From positions 831,924-895,923 of the forward strand of contig CAVVLJ010000020.1 of assembly GCA_963749075.1 (NCBI GenBank): a stretch of 64,000 bases of DNA. Direction: 5' to 3'. A program made the position numbers and the translations under genes. The DNA is from an uncultured Pseudomonadota bacterium. Lineage in GTDB: Bacteria > Pseudomonadota > Alphaproteobacteria > JACZXZ01. Under the pieces are notes generated by a model, which saw nothing but the letters and a program-made list of their open reading frames with translations, ran no database searches and had not been told where the DNA came from. Positions 19,315 through 29,246 of this stretch are shown here, piece by piece (position 1 is the first letter of the stretch; each line of letters starts with the position of its first letter).

Positions 19315-20783
19315 GATTGGCTGGCGGGCGCATGCCGCCTTGGCCACCAGCCGTCGAAGCAGTAGCCGAGGCAGGCAAGGGCGGCGGGGATGACCGGGAG
19401 CGCGTAGCGCATCTCGAGGTGGAGCAGCGCATAGGCGCCGACGAGGCCCATGAAGGTGAGCCAGAGGAAGGCTGCCGCGGCGTGGCGGCGGCAGCTGCCG
19501 CCGCGGCAGCGCCGCAGGGCAGCGATGGGCGTCGCGAGTGCGATGACCGCGAGGCCGAGGAGTGCCGCGACGTCGAGCGCGAGGAGGAGCGGGGCGAGCC
19601 CCGCCGCATTGAGGGCGAGGCCCTCGCGCTGCATCTCGCGCAGCTCGTGCATGCCGGGGACCACGCGGGCCGAGGCCGTCGGGCCGAGCTGGAGGAAATC
19701 GTTGAAGTTGGCCAGCGGATCGAGGAGGAGCTCGGCGAGCCGCACGATCTGGAGGTTGTGCGGGATGGTGGCGAGATAGGCGAGCGGATGGCGCGCCAGC
19801 ACCGACGTGAAGTGGCCGAAGAGGACGCGGTCCAGCTGCTGCGGGTCGAGGCCGTAGTCGCGCCGCAGCATGTCGACGAGCTGGAAGACGCCGGCGAGGC
19901 CCGCGGCGAGCGCGTGGCTGCGGGCGACGCGCGAGACGAAGTCGCCGCCGTCGAAGGGATCGGCGAGCCCCATTGCCGCGATGTTCGCCGAGGGCCACAG
20001 CCAGTTGATGCTGTCGCTGCCGACGCTGAGGACGAAAAGGCCCGTGCGCTCCAGGTTCCACAGCATGTGGAGCGCTACCAGCGCCGCCGCAGGGGCCAGG
20101 AAGAGGACGAGCGAGCCCAGGATGGCGGCCATGCGCAGGCCGCTGACGCGGCCGGCCATGACGAGCCCGATGAGCGGGAAGAGCGTGAAATAGACGCCCA
20201 CGTCGCGCACCCAGATGGAGAGACCCCAGGCGGCCCCGAGTGCGGCGAGGGCGCCCGCCCCAAGGCGGAGCTGCCCCGTCATGTCCATGGCGATCGCGAA
20301 GACGGCGACGATGAAGAGGCTGGCATAGATGCTGTCGCTCAGCACCACGATGTCGTAAAGGGCGGAGCCCGAGAGCGCCGCGAGGACGAGGACGGCGTAG
20401 CGCAGCGCCGGCCGCTCGATGAGGGCGGCCAATGCCGCGGCGACGAGGCCGAGGGCGGCGACCGAGGCGACGCACTGCAGGCTGGCGAGCGCCAGGCCGA
20501 AGTCGCGGCCGGCCGCGAGCTTGGCGAGCGCCACGAGAAGCGGGTAGCCGAAGGGCCTTTGGATGGCGAGCGGCGTCGGCACGCTCCTCCAGTCCAGCTG
20601 ATCGAGCCAGTGGCCCGCCAGGAGGCCGTCGGCGGGTGCGATATAGCCGTGGCTGTCGGGAAAGAACGACGGGCCGAGCCAGAAGAGAAGCGCCAGCTTG
20701 AGCGCCAGGATGGCGGCGAGGAGGAGTGCGGCCCCGCGGCCGTATCGGCTCCACGTCCGTTGCCCCGCCGCGAGAGCGCTCAT
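19311..20783 (-). CDS. Integral membrane GT-C-like glycosyltransferase
   Basis: FFPDSHGY..RPFGYPL first loop, LSDS motif, about 11 TM helices, C-terminal EMRYALP; ATGA-coupled to the upstream GT2. Confidence 0.65.
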   Translation of the reverse strand: MSALAAGQRTWSRYGRGAALLLAAILALKLALLFWLGPSFFPDSHGYIAPADGLLAGHWLDQLDWRSVPTPLAIQRPFGYPLLVALAKLAAGRDFGLALASLQCVASVAALGLVAAALAALIERPALRYAVLVLAALSGSALYDIVVLSDSIYASLFIVAVFAIAMDMTGQLRLGAGALAALGAAWGLSIWVRDVGVYFTLFPLIGLVMAGRVSGLRMAAILGSLVLFLAPAAALVALHMLWNLERTGLFVLSVGSDSINWLWPSANIAAMGLADPFDGGDFVSRVARSHALAAGLAGVFQLVDMLRRDYGLDPQQLDRVLFGHFTSVLARHPLAYLATIPHNLQIVRLAELLLDPLANFNDFLQLGPTASARVVPGMHELREMQREGLALNAAGLAPLLLALDVAALLGLAVIALATPIAALRRCRGGSCRRHAAAAFLWLTFMGLVGAYALLHLEMRYALPVIPAALACLGYCFDGWWPRRHAPASQS

Positions 20784-21748
20784 CGCCGCCCGCCGGGCGC
20801 CGGGCGCACGGCCTCCTCGGCCGTGAGCCGCACTGTTCCGAGCTCGCGGAAGATGCGGCAGGTGGCGCGGATGCGGGCGCCGTCCGCGGAAGCGAGCGGC
20901 AAGTGTGCCGCGAGGAAGGCGGCGAACTCGCGGGAGAGCCAGCCGCGCCCGCCCTGGCGCCGGGCATAGTGCCAGGCGCGGCCGGCGGCGCGGCGGAGCG
21001 CATAGCGCCTGAGCGCGGGCGGCAACTCAGGTCCTGCGGCGACGAAGTTGGCCAGTGCCAGGTTGAGGTCGTGAAGCTCCTGGGCCAGCGCCTCGGACAT
21101 GCGGCCGGGCGCCTCCTCGGGCGCCAGGAACACGACGGCCGGACTGCGCGCGAAGCGGGCGAGGCGCGCCAGGCGGAGCTCGAGCGAATAGTCCTGCACG
21201 AGGACGCCCGGATCGGAGCCGCCGCTCCGGCGCACGAGCTCGGCTTCGGCGAGCCAGGCGGATGGCGTCGTCTGCGCGCGCCTCAGGCATTGCCGCAAGG
21301 TGTCGCGGAGCGCCTCGGCGGCGCCCCCGCGGTCCGCCTGCGCTGCCGCCTCGCGGGCGCGCGCGAGCCCGTCCGAGAGGCGATAGCTGCCGCTCCGGCC
21401 GAAGGCGAGCCCCGAGCCGGCCGCCGTGACGGCATCGAGGAGCGCCGCGGTGGCACCGGGGGTCAGCATGTCGTCGCCGTCGAGCGCCTTGACGAAATCG
21501 CCGCCCGCCGCGGCGAGGCCGGCATTCATCGCTTGGGACGGCCCCCTATTGGCTTGCACGATGATGCGCACGTCGCTCCAGCCCGCGGTCAGGCGGCCGA
21601 GAGCGTCCGCGCTGCCGTCGCTCGAGCCGTCGTCGACGAAGACGAACTCGCGCGCGAAGCCGCCCTCCTGGCGTTTGAGCCCGTCGACGAGGAACGGCAG
21701 GTAGGGCGCCTTGTTGTAGACCGTGACCACGTAGCTCACGCGCGGCAT
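20780..21748 (-). CDS. Glycosyltransferase family 2
   Basis: MPRVSYVVTVYNK, FVDDGSSDGS, LDGDD, VQDY. Confidence 0.88.
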   Translation of the reverse strand: MPRVSYVVTVYNKAPYLPFLVDGLKRQEGGFAREFVFVDDGSSDGSADALGRLTAGWSDVRIIVQANRGPSQAMNAGLAAAGGDFVKALDGDDMLTPGATAALLDAVTAAGSGLAFGRSGSYRLSDGLARAREAAAQADRGGAAEALRDTLRQCLRRAQTTPSAWLAEAELVRRSGGSDPGVLVQDYSLELRLARLARFARSPAVVFLAPEEAPGRMSEALAQELHDLNLALANFVAAGPELPPALRRYALRRAAGRAWHYARRQGGRGWLSREFAAFLAAHLPLASADGARIRATCRIFRELGTVRLTAEEAVRPAPGGRR

Positions 21749-21795
21749 GGCATCCGCCCGGCCGAGCGCCGCCCGCGAGCCCGCGCGGCTCGGCG

Positions 21796-22266
21796 CTACT
21801 CCGCAGCCTGCCGCGCGGGTGCCGCCGCGCGCTGCCGCCGACCCGCCGCCGCCTTCGCCCGCGTCCGCCGCGCGGCGGGGGCCGCGACCTCGACGGTCTT
21901 GAATTCGGCGGGAAGGGTGATCTCGATGAGCTCGAGGTCGTCGGAATGGTCGAGCTCGGCATGGCGGATGCCGGGCGGCTGGTTGACGCAGGAGCCGGCC
22001 CGCGCGGTCACCTCGCCGACCCCCTCGTAGTTGAATTTCACCCAGCCCTTGAGGACGAAATACATCTGGAACTCGAGATCGTGCTTGTGCCAGCCGAAGC
22101 CGCCATGGCCGCCCTTCTTGGCGCGGATGACGTGCGCCATGGCGCGGCCGCCCGTAGCCTCGCTGATGCCGAGGTCGCGGTACTTGAAGCACGACCTGAG
22201 GCCGCCGTCCTTGAAGACCGCGTCCTTGGCGTGGGACGCCGAGAATTTGAATTTGCTGCCGGCCAT
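21796..22266 (-). CDS. Cupin domain protein
   Basis: WHKHDLEFQMYFVLKG and QPPGIRHAE cupin motifs; GGAGGAG RBS. Confidence 0.85.
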   Translation of the reverse strand: MAGSKFKFSASHAKDAVFKDGGLRSCFKYRDLGISEATGGRAMAHVIRAKKGGHGGFGWHKHDLEFQMYFVLKGWVKFNYEGVGEVTARAGSCVNQPPGIRHAELDHSDDLELIEITLPAEFKTVEVAAPAARRTRAKAAAGRRQRAAAPARQAAE

Positions 22267-22459
22267 GACACGCTCCTCCCCGGATGACCCGCCCTTCGGG
22301 CGTCAACGCGTGCGCCACTATATTACGGGCGCCTGCCGGGCGCCAATCGGGCCGACGCGGGGGAGGCGAAGTGCGGGCTTGCGGCGGGAGCGGCGATGGC
22401 CATGATAGGGGCGAGCCGCAGGTCGGCTCGGTCTTCCCCGACCCCTGGAGCCGAGGTCC

Positions 22460-24523
22460 ATGGCCGATCGAGTTCTAGCACCGGTCGTCATCGGCATCAC
22501 CGGGAAGCGCGACCTCGAGGGCAAGGCCGAGGCGGTCGGCGAAGCATTGCGCCAGGCCTTCGACGAGCTCGATGCGCGCTATCCCGAGACGCCGAAGGTT
22601 CTCCTCTCCGGGCTCGCCGAGGGCGCCGACACGCTCGCCGCCGAGGCGGCGCTCGAGCGCGCTTCCTGGCGCGTGGTGGCGGCGCTGCCTCTCTCGCTGG
22701 AGCTCTACGCGGAGGATTTCGAGGGTGCCGCCGCGGCGCGGCTCCGCGGGCTTCTGGCGCATCCCAAGGTGCGCACCTGGTTCCTCGAGCCGCTTCTCGA
22801 TGCGCACTCGGGCGAGCCGCTCGCACCAGCAGCACTCAGCCGGCGCGGCAACGCCGGCAACCCCGAGCGGACGCTCCACTACGAGCAGGTGGGCCTCGTC
22901 ATCGCGGAGCGCTCGGCACTGCTCATCGCCGTGATGGCGGGCGACGAGAAGCCGGGGCGCATCGGCGGCACGGCGCGCATCGCCGATTACCGGCTGCGCG
23001 GCGAGCTCGACTCCCACGCCCGCGCGGTCGTCGAGCGCAGCCAGTTGCTGCGCGGCGCCATGGTGCTCGACCGCCCGCGCACCGGAGCGCTCTGGCTCAT
23101 CGATCTCGCGACCGTCGGCGGCAAGCCCGGCACCCGCCCGCCGCACGGCTGCGAGGTCCGGCTGCCCGGCGAGGAGCCGCAGCGCCGGCCGTGGAGCGAC
23201 CGCGCGGCGGTCGATGAGAGCCTGCTCCTCGTCCACGGCCTCGCGATCTTCAACCGCCGCGCCCTCGCCCTGGAGGATGCGGCGTGGCAGCGAGACGTGG
23301 AGGCGCGCGCCGGCCCGGACGCGGGCGACGCGGCATCGGCGCTCCGCCGCATCCGCCTGGCGCTCTCGGCCATCCAGGTCAGGTACAATACGCGGGTCAA
23401 GCGCTCCGCCTGGGCGCTGGCACTCCTCTTCGTGGCCGCGATCCTCGCCTTCGAGCTCCACGTCGAGCTCTCCGCCTACTGGCCGCTACGGTATGCCGTC
23501 CTCGCCTATCTCGTCCTGGCGCTCGTCGCCCTCGGCGTCTTCGGGTGCGCGAGGAACTATCGCTGGCAGCCCGTCGCCGAGGACTACCGCGCCGTGTCCG
23601 AGGCCTTGCGCGTCCAGCTCGCCTGGTGGGATGCGGGGCTCGGCGGGCCCGACCACCGGGTCGAGCGCTTCTACCTGCGGGGGACGCTCGGCTCGCTCGG
23701 TCTCGTGCGCGCCGCGGTCCACCAGCTGCTCGACGCCGCCCTCCTGGCGCTGCCGGCCCCGCGGCCCGTCGAGAACGCCGACCGGCGCTGGATCGACGGC
23801 CAGCTCAAATTCTTCAAGGACCGCATCGACGCGCGCCGGCTCAGCGTGCTGCGCGTGGAGGCAAGCAGCTGGTTCCTCTTCGTGGCCAGCCTGGCGCCGG
23901 CGGCGGCTCTCGTTGCCGCCCGCTTGGGCGGCCAGGGCCTCGTTCACGCCGCGGTGCCGAGCGTTTGGAGCCAGGTGCCGCCGTGGCTGGCACTCGGCGC
24001 CACGCTGCTCGTCGTAGCCCTGCTCTTCTGGGCCACGGCGATCGTACCAGCCTTCGTCCTCCGGCGTTACTTCAGCCCCCATAAAGGCCTCTTCAAGGTC
24101 CTCGGCTGGCTCATAGCACTCTGCACCGGCTTTCTGCTTGCCTTCGGCCTTTACGACCTGGCGGCCGTGCTGCCGCCCTTGGGCGAGGGTGGCGGCGGAG
24201 CGGCCCCGCGCGACGAGCTCGCGGAGCGCCTCGTGACGATGGCCGCCATCTTTCCGCCGGCGGTGGCGGGCGCCATCCGCTTCGTTGCCGAGAAGCTCTC
24301 GCTCGAGGCGGAGATGCGCGGCTACCAGGATGCGCGCAAGATCTTCAAGCGCGCCAAGGCCGCATTGGCTGCGATCGACGAGGCGGCCGACGAGGCGCCC
24401 GAGGAAAAGGCCGCGCGCCGCCGGACGCTCTTCTTCGTCCTCGGCAAGGAGGCGCTCGAGGAGAACGAGAGATGGCTGCGCGCCCACCGCGAACGGCCGC
24501 TCGAGCCGCTCGTCGGCGGCTGA
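22460..24523 (+). CDS. SLOG-like nucleotide-binding domain fused to two SLATT/DUF4231-like membrane modules
   Basis: VIGITGKRD, LLSGLAEGAD, YEQVG..LIAV..GGTA (SLOG). TM hairpin followed by DYRAVSEALR, WIDGQLKFF, further TMs and LGKEALEENERW (SLATT-like). Confidence 0.7.
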   Translation: MADRVLAPVVIGITGKRDLEGKAEAVGEALRQAFDELDARYPETPKVLLSGLAEGADTLAAEAALERASWRVVAALPLSLELYAEDFEGAAAARLRGLLAHPKVRTWFLEPLLDAHSGEPLAPAALSRRGNAGNPERTLHYEQVGLVIAERSALLIAVMAGDEKPGRIGGTARIADYRLRGELDSHARAVVERSQLLRGAMVLDRPRTGALWLIDLATVGGKPGTRPPHGCEVRLPGEEPQRRPWSDRAAVDESLLLVHGLAIFNRRALALEDAAWQRDVEARAGPDAGDAASALRRIRLALSAIQVRYNTRVKRSAWALALLFVAAILAFELHVELSAYWPLRYAVLAYLVLALVALGVFGCARNYRWQPVAEDYRAVSEALRVQLAWWDAGLGGPDHRVERFYLRGTLGSLGLVRAAVHQLLDAALLALPAPRPVENADRRWIDGQLKFFKDRIDARRLSVLRVEASSWFLFVASLAPAAALVAARLGGQGLVHAAVPSVWSQVPPWLALGATLLVVALLFWATAIVPAFVLRRYFSPHKGLFKVLGWLIALCTGFLLAFGLYDLAAVLPPLGEGGGGAAPRDELAERLVTMAAIFPPAVAGAIRFVAEKLSLEAEMRGYQDARKIFKRAKAALAAIDEAADEAPEEKAARRRTLFFVLGKEALEENERWLRAHRERPLEPLVGG

Positions 24524-24673
24524 GGGGGCTCTCCCGCGAGCGCGAGGCGATGCTGCGCCTGGGCGCCGTCGGTGCCAATGACAGCTTCCGCGCGGCGATC
24601 TATATTGGCGGGACGCTTCGGCCGTCTCCGACGGCTGTTCGCCGGGATGCTGCAAGCCGGGGGAGACGCCGCC

Positions 24674-25882
24674 ATGGGCGGGAGCGGGGACCGAGAGGCG
24701 ACTGTCGCGGCGCTGCGACGGAGGAAACGCCTGCGGACGGCACTCCTGCTGGCGGGCGCCGCCGTCGGGCTCTGCTTCGCCGGAGGCGGTGGCGCCATGG
24801 CCCAGTCCCAGCCGGTGGCGCCGCCGGCGGTGACCGTGAGCCACCCGCTCGAGCGCAAGATCGTCGAGTGGGACGAATACACCGGCCAGTTCGCCGCCGT
24901 CGAGGACGTCGAGCTGCGCGCCCGGGTCAGCGGCTACCTGACCGAGATCCATTTCAAGGACGGCCAGTTCGTCAAGACGGGCGACCTCCTCTTCGTGGTC
25001 GATCCGCGGCCTTTCGAGGCCGATCTGCAGCAGGCGCAGGCCAATCTCGAGCGCGACAAGGCGCAGGTCGTGCGCGCCAATCTCGACCTCGCGCGCTACA
25101 GCGAGCTCGCCAAGAAGTCGTTCGCGCCGCAGCAGCAATTCGAGCAGGCGCGCGCCACCGCGGAGGGCGCCATTGCAACCGTCAAGGCCAACGAGGCGGC
25201 GGTGATGCAGGCCAAGCTCAATCTGGAGTTCACCCACGTGACCGCCCCCGTGGACGGGCGCATCGGCAGCCACCAGGTCAGCATCGGCAATCTCATCGTC
25301 GGCGGCTCGGCGGGGACCGCGACGCTGCTCGCGACCATCGTCTCGCTCGACCCGATCTATTTCAATTTCGACATGAGCGAGAGCGACTATCTCGGCTACC
25401 AGCGCGCCGTGCCGGCCGGCCTCATGACGTCGGAGCGCGGTCGCGCGGTTTCCGCGTACGTGCGGCTGGCCAACGAGACGGGCTGGCCGCACGAGGGGCA
25501 CATGGACTTCATCGACAATCAGATCGACCGCGGCGCCGGTACCATCCGGGCGCGGGCGGTCTTCCCCAATAAGTCGCTCTTCCTCACGCCGGGCGAGTTC
25601 GGCCGCATCCGGGTACCCGGCTCCGAGCCGCACCAGGCGATCCTTATTCCCGACGCCGCGATCGTGTCCGACCAGTCGCGGAAGATCGTCATGACCGTAG
25701 GCGCCGACGGCACGGTCGTGCCGCGCGTGATCCGGCCAGGGCCCACCTATGAGGGCCTGCGCATCGTGCGCAACGGCCTCGCGGCAAGCGACACCATCGT
25801 GATCAACGGGCTGGTGCGCGCCCGGCCGGGCGCCAAAGTGACGCCAGAGGCGGGCAAGATCGAAGCCGAGCCCGAGCCGTGA
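24674..25882 (+). CDS. RND efflux membrane fusion protein (MexE/AcrA-like)
   Basis: VELRARVSGYL, GDLLFVVDPRPF, VTAPVDGRIG, GTIRARA. Confidence 0.9.
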   Translation: MGGSGDREATVAALRRRKRLRTALLLAGAAVGLCFAGGGGAMAQSQPVAPPAVTVSHPLERKIVEWDEYTGQFAAVEDVELRARVSGYLTEIHFKDGQFVKTGDLLFVVDPRPFEADLQQAQANLERDKAQVVRANLDLARYSELAKKSFAPQQQFEQARATAEGAIATVKANEAAVMQAKLNLEFTHVTAPVDGRIGSHQVSIGNLIVGGSAGTATLLATIVSLDPIYFNFDMSESDYLGYQRAVPAGLMTSERGRAVSAYVRLANETGWPHEGHMDFIDNQIDRGAGTIRARAVFPNKSLFLTPGEFGRIRVPGSEPHQAILIPDAAIVSDQSRKIVMTVGADGTVVPRVIRPGPTYEGLRIVRNGLAASDTIVINGLVRARPGAKVTPEAGKIEAEPEP

Positions 25883-25901
25883 GCTCGAGGCCCGTGGCGC
25901 C

Positions 25902-28900
25902 GTGAAGCTCTCGCATTTCTTCATCGACCGGCCGATCTTCGCGGCCGTGCTGTCGATCTTCATCACGCTGATCGGCGGCTTCGCCTATTTCACCCTGCCG
26001 GTCGCCCAGTATCCCGAGATCGCCCCGCCGACGATCGTGGTGAGCGCCTCCTACCCCGGCGCCTCCGCGCAGGTGGTAAGCGAGACGGTGGCGACGCCGC
26101 TCGAGCAGCAGATCAACGGCGTCGAGAACATGCTCTACATGTCCTCGCAGGCGACCGGCGACGGCAATCTGCAGCTCACCGTGACCTTCGCCCTCGGCAC
26201 CAACCTCGACATCGCCCAGGTGCTGGTGCAGAACCGCGTGGCGATCGCGGCGCCGCTCTTGCCGGAGGAGGTCCAGCGCCTCGGCGTCACGGTCAAGAAG
26301 AACTCGCCCGATCTCCTGATGGTCATCCATCTGAGCTCGCCCGACGGCTCGCGCGACCAGCTCTACATGTCGAACTACGCGACCCTCCAGGTGAAGGACG
26401 TGCTGGCGCGCTTGACCGGCGTGGGCGACGTGCGTGTCTTCGGCGCGCGCGACTACTCGATGCGGGTGTGGCTCGATCCCGAGAAGGGGCAGGCGCGCGG
26501 GCTCACGGCGGGCGACGTGGTCGCCGCCCTCCAGGCGCAGAACGTCCAGGTCGCCTCGGGCGTACTCGACCAGCCCCCGGTGCCCAAGCAGGGCGCCTTC
26601 CAGCTCAACGTGCAGACGCTCGGCCGCCTCGTGGACCCGCGTCAGTTCGACAATATCCTGGTCAAGACCGACCCGGACGGCCGCGTCACCCGCGTGCGCG
26701 ACATCGGCCGGGTCGAGCTCGGCGCTCAGGACTATAGCGCCAATGGCTATCTCGACAATCACGTGGCCGTGCCGCTCCTCATCTTCCAGCTTCCCGGCAC
26801 CAACGCGCTCGCCACCTCGACGCGCCTGCGCACCGCCATGGCCGAGCTCTCCAAGTCCTTTCCCGCGGGGCTCCGCTACGACATCGTCTACGACCCGACG
26901 CAGTTCATCGCCCAGTCGGTCGACGAGGTCATCAAGACGATCTACATCGCCGTGGCGCTGGTGACCGGCGTGGTGATCCTCTTCCTCCAGACCTGGCGCG
27001 CCTCGGTCGTGCCGATCGTGGCCATCCCGGTCTCGCTCATCGGCACCTTCGCGGTGCTCGCCGCCTTCGGCTACTCGCTCAACAACCTCTCGCTCTTCGG
27101 CCTGGTGCTCGCCATCGGCATCGTGGTCGACGATGCCATCGTCGTCGTGGAGAACGTCGAGCGCAACATCCGCGACGGCATGTCGCCGCGGGATGCGGCG
27201 CACGAGACCATGGACGAGGTGGGCGGCGCTCTCATCGCGATCGCGCTCGTGCTCTCGGCGGTGTTCGTGCCGGCGGCCTTCATCCCCGGCATCTCCGGCC
27301 AGTTCTTCCGCCAGTTCGCGGTCACCATCGCCTCCGCGACGGTGATCTCCTGCTTCGTCTCGCTGACCTTGAGCCCGGCGCTCTGCGCCCTCCTCTTCAA
27401 GCCGCACGCCGCCGAAGCGAGGCCGCCCACGCCCCTCGCGCGGCCGCTCGTCCTCCTCTTCAAGGGCTTCAATTTCGCCTTCGGCCGGCTGGCACTCGGC
27501 TATGGCGGCCTCACCCGGCGCCTCGTCCGTTTGACGCTGGTCTGTCTTCTCGTCTATGCGGGCCTGCTTGCGCTCACCGGTTGGCAGTTCGCGCGCGCTC
27601 CGACGGGCTTCATTCCCCCGCTGGACCAGGGTTATCTCATCACCGTGATCCAGCTGCCGCCGGGCGCCTCGCTGGCGCGCACCGACGCGGTGGTGCGGCG
27701 CGTCGCGAAGATTCTGCTCGACACTCCCGGCGTCACGCACGCCATCGAGTTCGCCGGCTTCGACGGTGCCACCTTCACCAACGCGTCGAACGCCGGCGCC
27801 GTCTTCACCGACCTTGCGCCGTTCCCCGAGCGGGTGGCGAAGGGCCTCAGCGCCAACCACATCCTGGCCGATCTCAGGACCCGCCTCGGCGCAATTCAGG
27901 ATGCCTTCATCATCGTCATTCCGCCGCCGCCGGTGCGCGGCATCGGCACGGCCGGCGGCTTCAAGATGATGGTGCAGGACAAGCGCGGCCGTGGCATCCA
28001 GGCACTCGAGGCCGCGGCGCAGGACATGGTGGCCGCCGCCAACCGCACGCCCGGGCTCTCGGGCGTCTTCTCGCTCTTCAACACGCGCACGCCGACGATC
28101 TACGCCGATATCGACCGGGTCAAGGCGGAGATGCTGGGCGTCTCGGCCGACAAGGTGTTCGAGACGCTCGAGGTCTATCTCGGCTCGGTCTTCGTCAACC
28201 AGTTCAACTATCTCGGGCGGACCTACGAGGTCATCGCCCAGGCCGACGCACCCTTCCGACAGCACATTCGCGACATCGCCAATCTCAAGACGCGCAACAA
28301 TTCCGGCAGCATGGTGCCGATCGGCTCGGTCGCCACCTTCCGCGACATCACCACCGCCTACCGCGTGCCGCGCTACAATCTCTATCCGGCCGCGGAGGTC
28401 CAGGGCAACGTGGCGCCGGGCTATTCCACCGGCTATGCCATCGCCGCCATGGAGCGGCTCGCGGCCGAGCGTCTTCCCGACGGCTTCGGCTACGAGTGGA
28501 CGGACCTCGCCTATCAGGAGAAGCTGGCGGGCAACTCGGGGCTCCAGGTCTTCGCCGCCTCGGTCGTCTTCGTCTTCCTCGTGCTCGCCGCGCAGTACGA
28601 GAGCTGGAGCCTGCCCCTCTCCGTCATCCTCATCGTGCCGATGTGCCTTCTCGCCGCGGTGAGCGGCCTCGTCGCCCGCGGCATGGACGTGAACATCCTG
28701 GCGCAGGTCGGCTTCGTGGTTCTGGTCGGCCTCGCCGCCAAGAACGCCATCCTCATCGTGGAGTTCGCCCGCCAGGCCGAAGCGCAAGGGCAGGACCGGT
28801 TCGCGGCCGCGGTCACGGCGGCGCACACCCGCCTCAGGCCCATCCTCATGACCTCGTTCGCCTTCATCTTCGGCGTGCTGCCGCTTGCCATCGCCACCGG

Positions 28901-29084
28901 CGCGGGTGCGGAGATGCGGCAGTCCCTCGGCACCGCGGTGTTCTTCGGCATGCTCGGCGTCACCGGCTTCGGCCTCATCTTCACGCCGGTCTTCTACGTC
29001 GTCGTGCGCGGACTCGTCGGCAGGGGCCGCAGCGCGCGCCCGGCGCCCTCGCCGGACGAACCGGTCGCGGATCGCCCGTCTTAG
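25902..29084 (+). CDS. RND efflux permease (HAE1, MexF/AcrB-like)
   Basis: FFIDRPIFA, QYPEIAPP, GIVVDDAIVVVENVER, KNAILIVEF, RLRPILMTS. Confidence 0.95.
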   Translation: MKLSHFFIDRPIFAAVLSIFITLIGGFAYFTLPVAQYPEIAPPTIVVSASYPGASAQVVSETVATPLEQQINGVENMLYMSSQATGDGNLQLTVTFALGTNLDIAQVLVQNRVAIAAPLLPEEVQRLGVTVKKNSPDLLMVIHLSSPDGSRDQLYMSNYATLQVKDVLARLTGVGDVRVFGARDYSMRVWLDPEKGQARGLTAGDVVAALQAQNVQVASGVLDQPPVPKQGAFQLNVQTLGRLVDPRQFDNILVKTDPDGRVTRVRDIGRVELGAQDYSANGYLDNHVAVPLLIFQLPGTNALATSTRLRTAMAELSKSFPAGLRYDIVYDPTQFIAQSVDEVIKTIYIAVALVTGVVILFLQTWRASVVPIVAIPVSLIGTFAVLAAFGYSLNNLSLFGLVLAIGIVVDDAIVVVENVERNIRDGMSPRDAAHETMDEVGGALIAIALVLSAVFVPAAFIPGISGQFFRQFAVTIASATVISCFVSLTLSPALCALLFKPHAAEARPPTPLARPLVLLFKGFNFAFGRLALGYGGLTRRLVRLTLVCLLVYAGLLALTGWQFARAPTGFIPPLDQGYLITVIQLPPGASLARTDAVVRRVAKILLDTPGVTHAIEFAGFDGATFTNASNAGAVFTDLAPFPERVAKGLSANHILADLRTRLGAIQDAFIIVIPPPPVRGIGTAGGFKMMVQDKRGRGIQALEAAAQDMVAAANRTPGLSGVFSLFNTRTPTIYADIDRVKAEMLGVSADKVFETLEVYLGSVFVNQFNYLGRTYEVIAQADAPFRQHIRDIANLKTRNNSGSMVPIGSVATFRDITTAYRVPRYNLYPAAEVQGNVAPGYSTGYAIAAMERLAAERLPDGFGYEWTDLAYQEKLAGNSGLQVFAASVVFVFLVLAAQYESWSLPLSVILIVPMCLLAAVSGLVARGMDVNILAQVGFVVLVGLAAKNAILIVEFARQAEAQGQDRFAAAVTAAHTRLRPILMTSFAFIFGVLPLAIATGAGAEMRQSLGTAVFFGMLGVTGFGLIFTPVFYVVVRGLVGRGRSARPAPSPDEPVADRPS

Positions 29085-29117
29085 GTGCGGCGGCCGCACC
29101 TCTTCGGCGGGCTCCGT

Positions 29118-29246
29118 ATGAATAGCAATTCCTACCGGCTGGTTGTCGCCGTCGACTTCGAGAAAAGCATCGTCTGGATCAAATGGATTGGCGCGCACAA
29201 GGACCATGATCGGATCGACGCGACGGAGGTGGAGCATGGCGGATGA
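29118..29246 (+). pseudogene. higB: C-terminal remnant (42 aa) of a HigB toxin
   Basis: Translates MNSNSYRLVVAVDFEKSIVWIKWIGAHKDHDRIDATEVEHGG*, the C-terminal half of HigB. No room for the N-terminal half after the RND stop at 29084. Confidence 0.75.
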
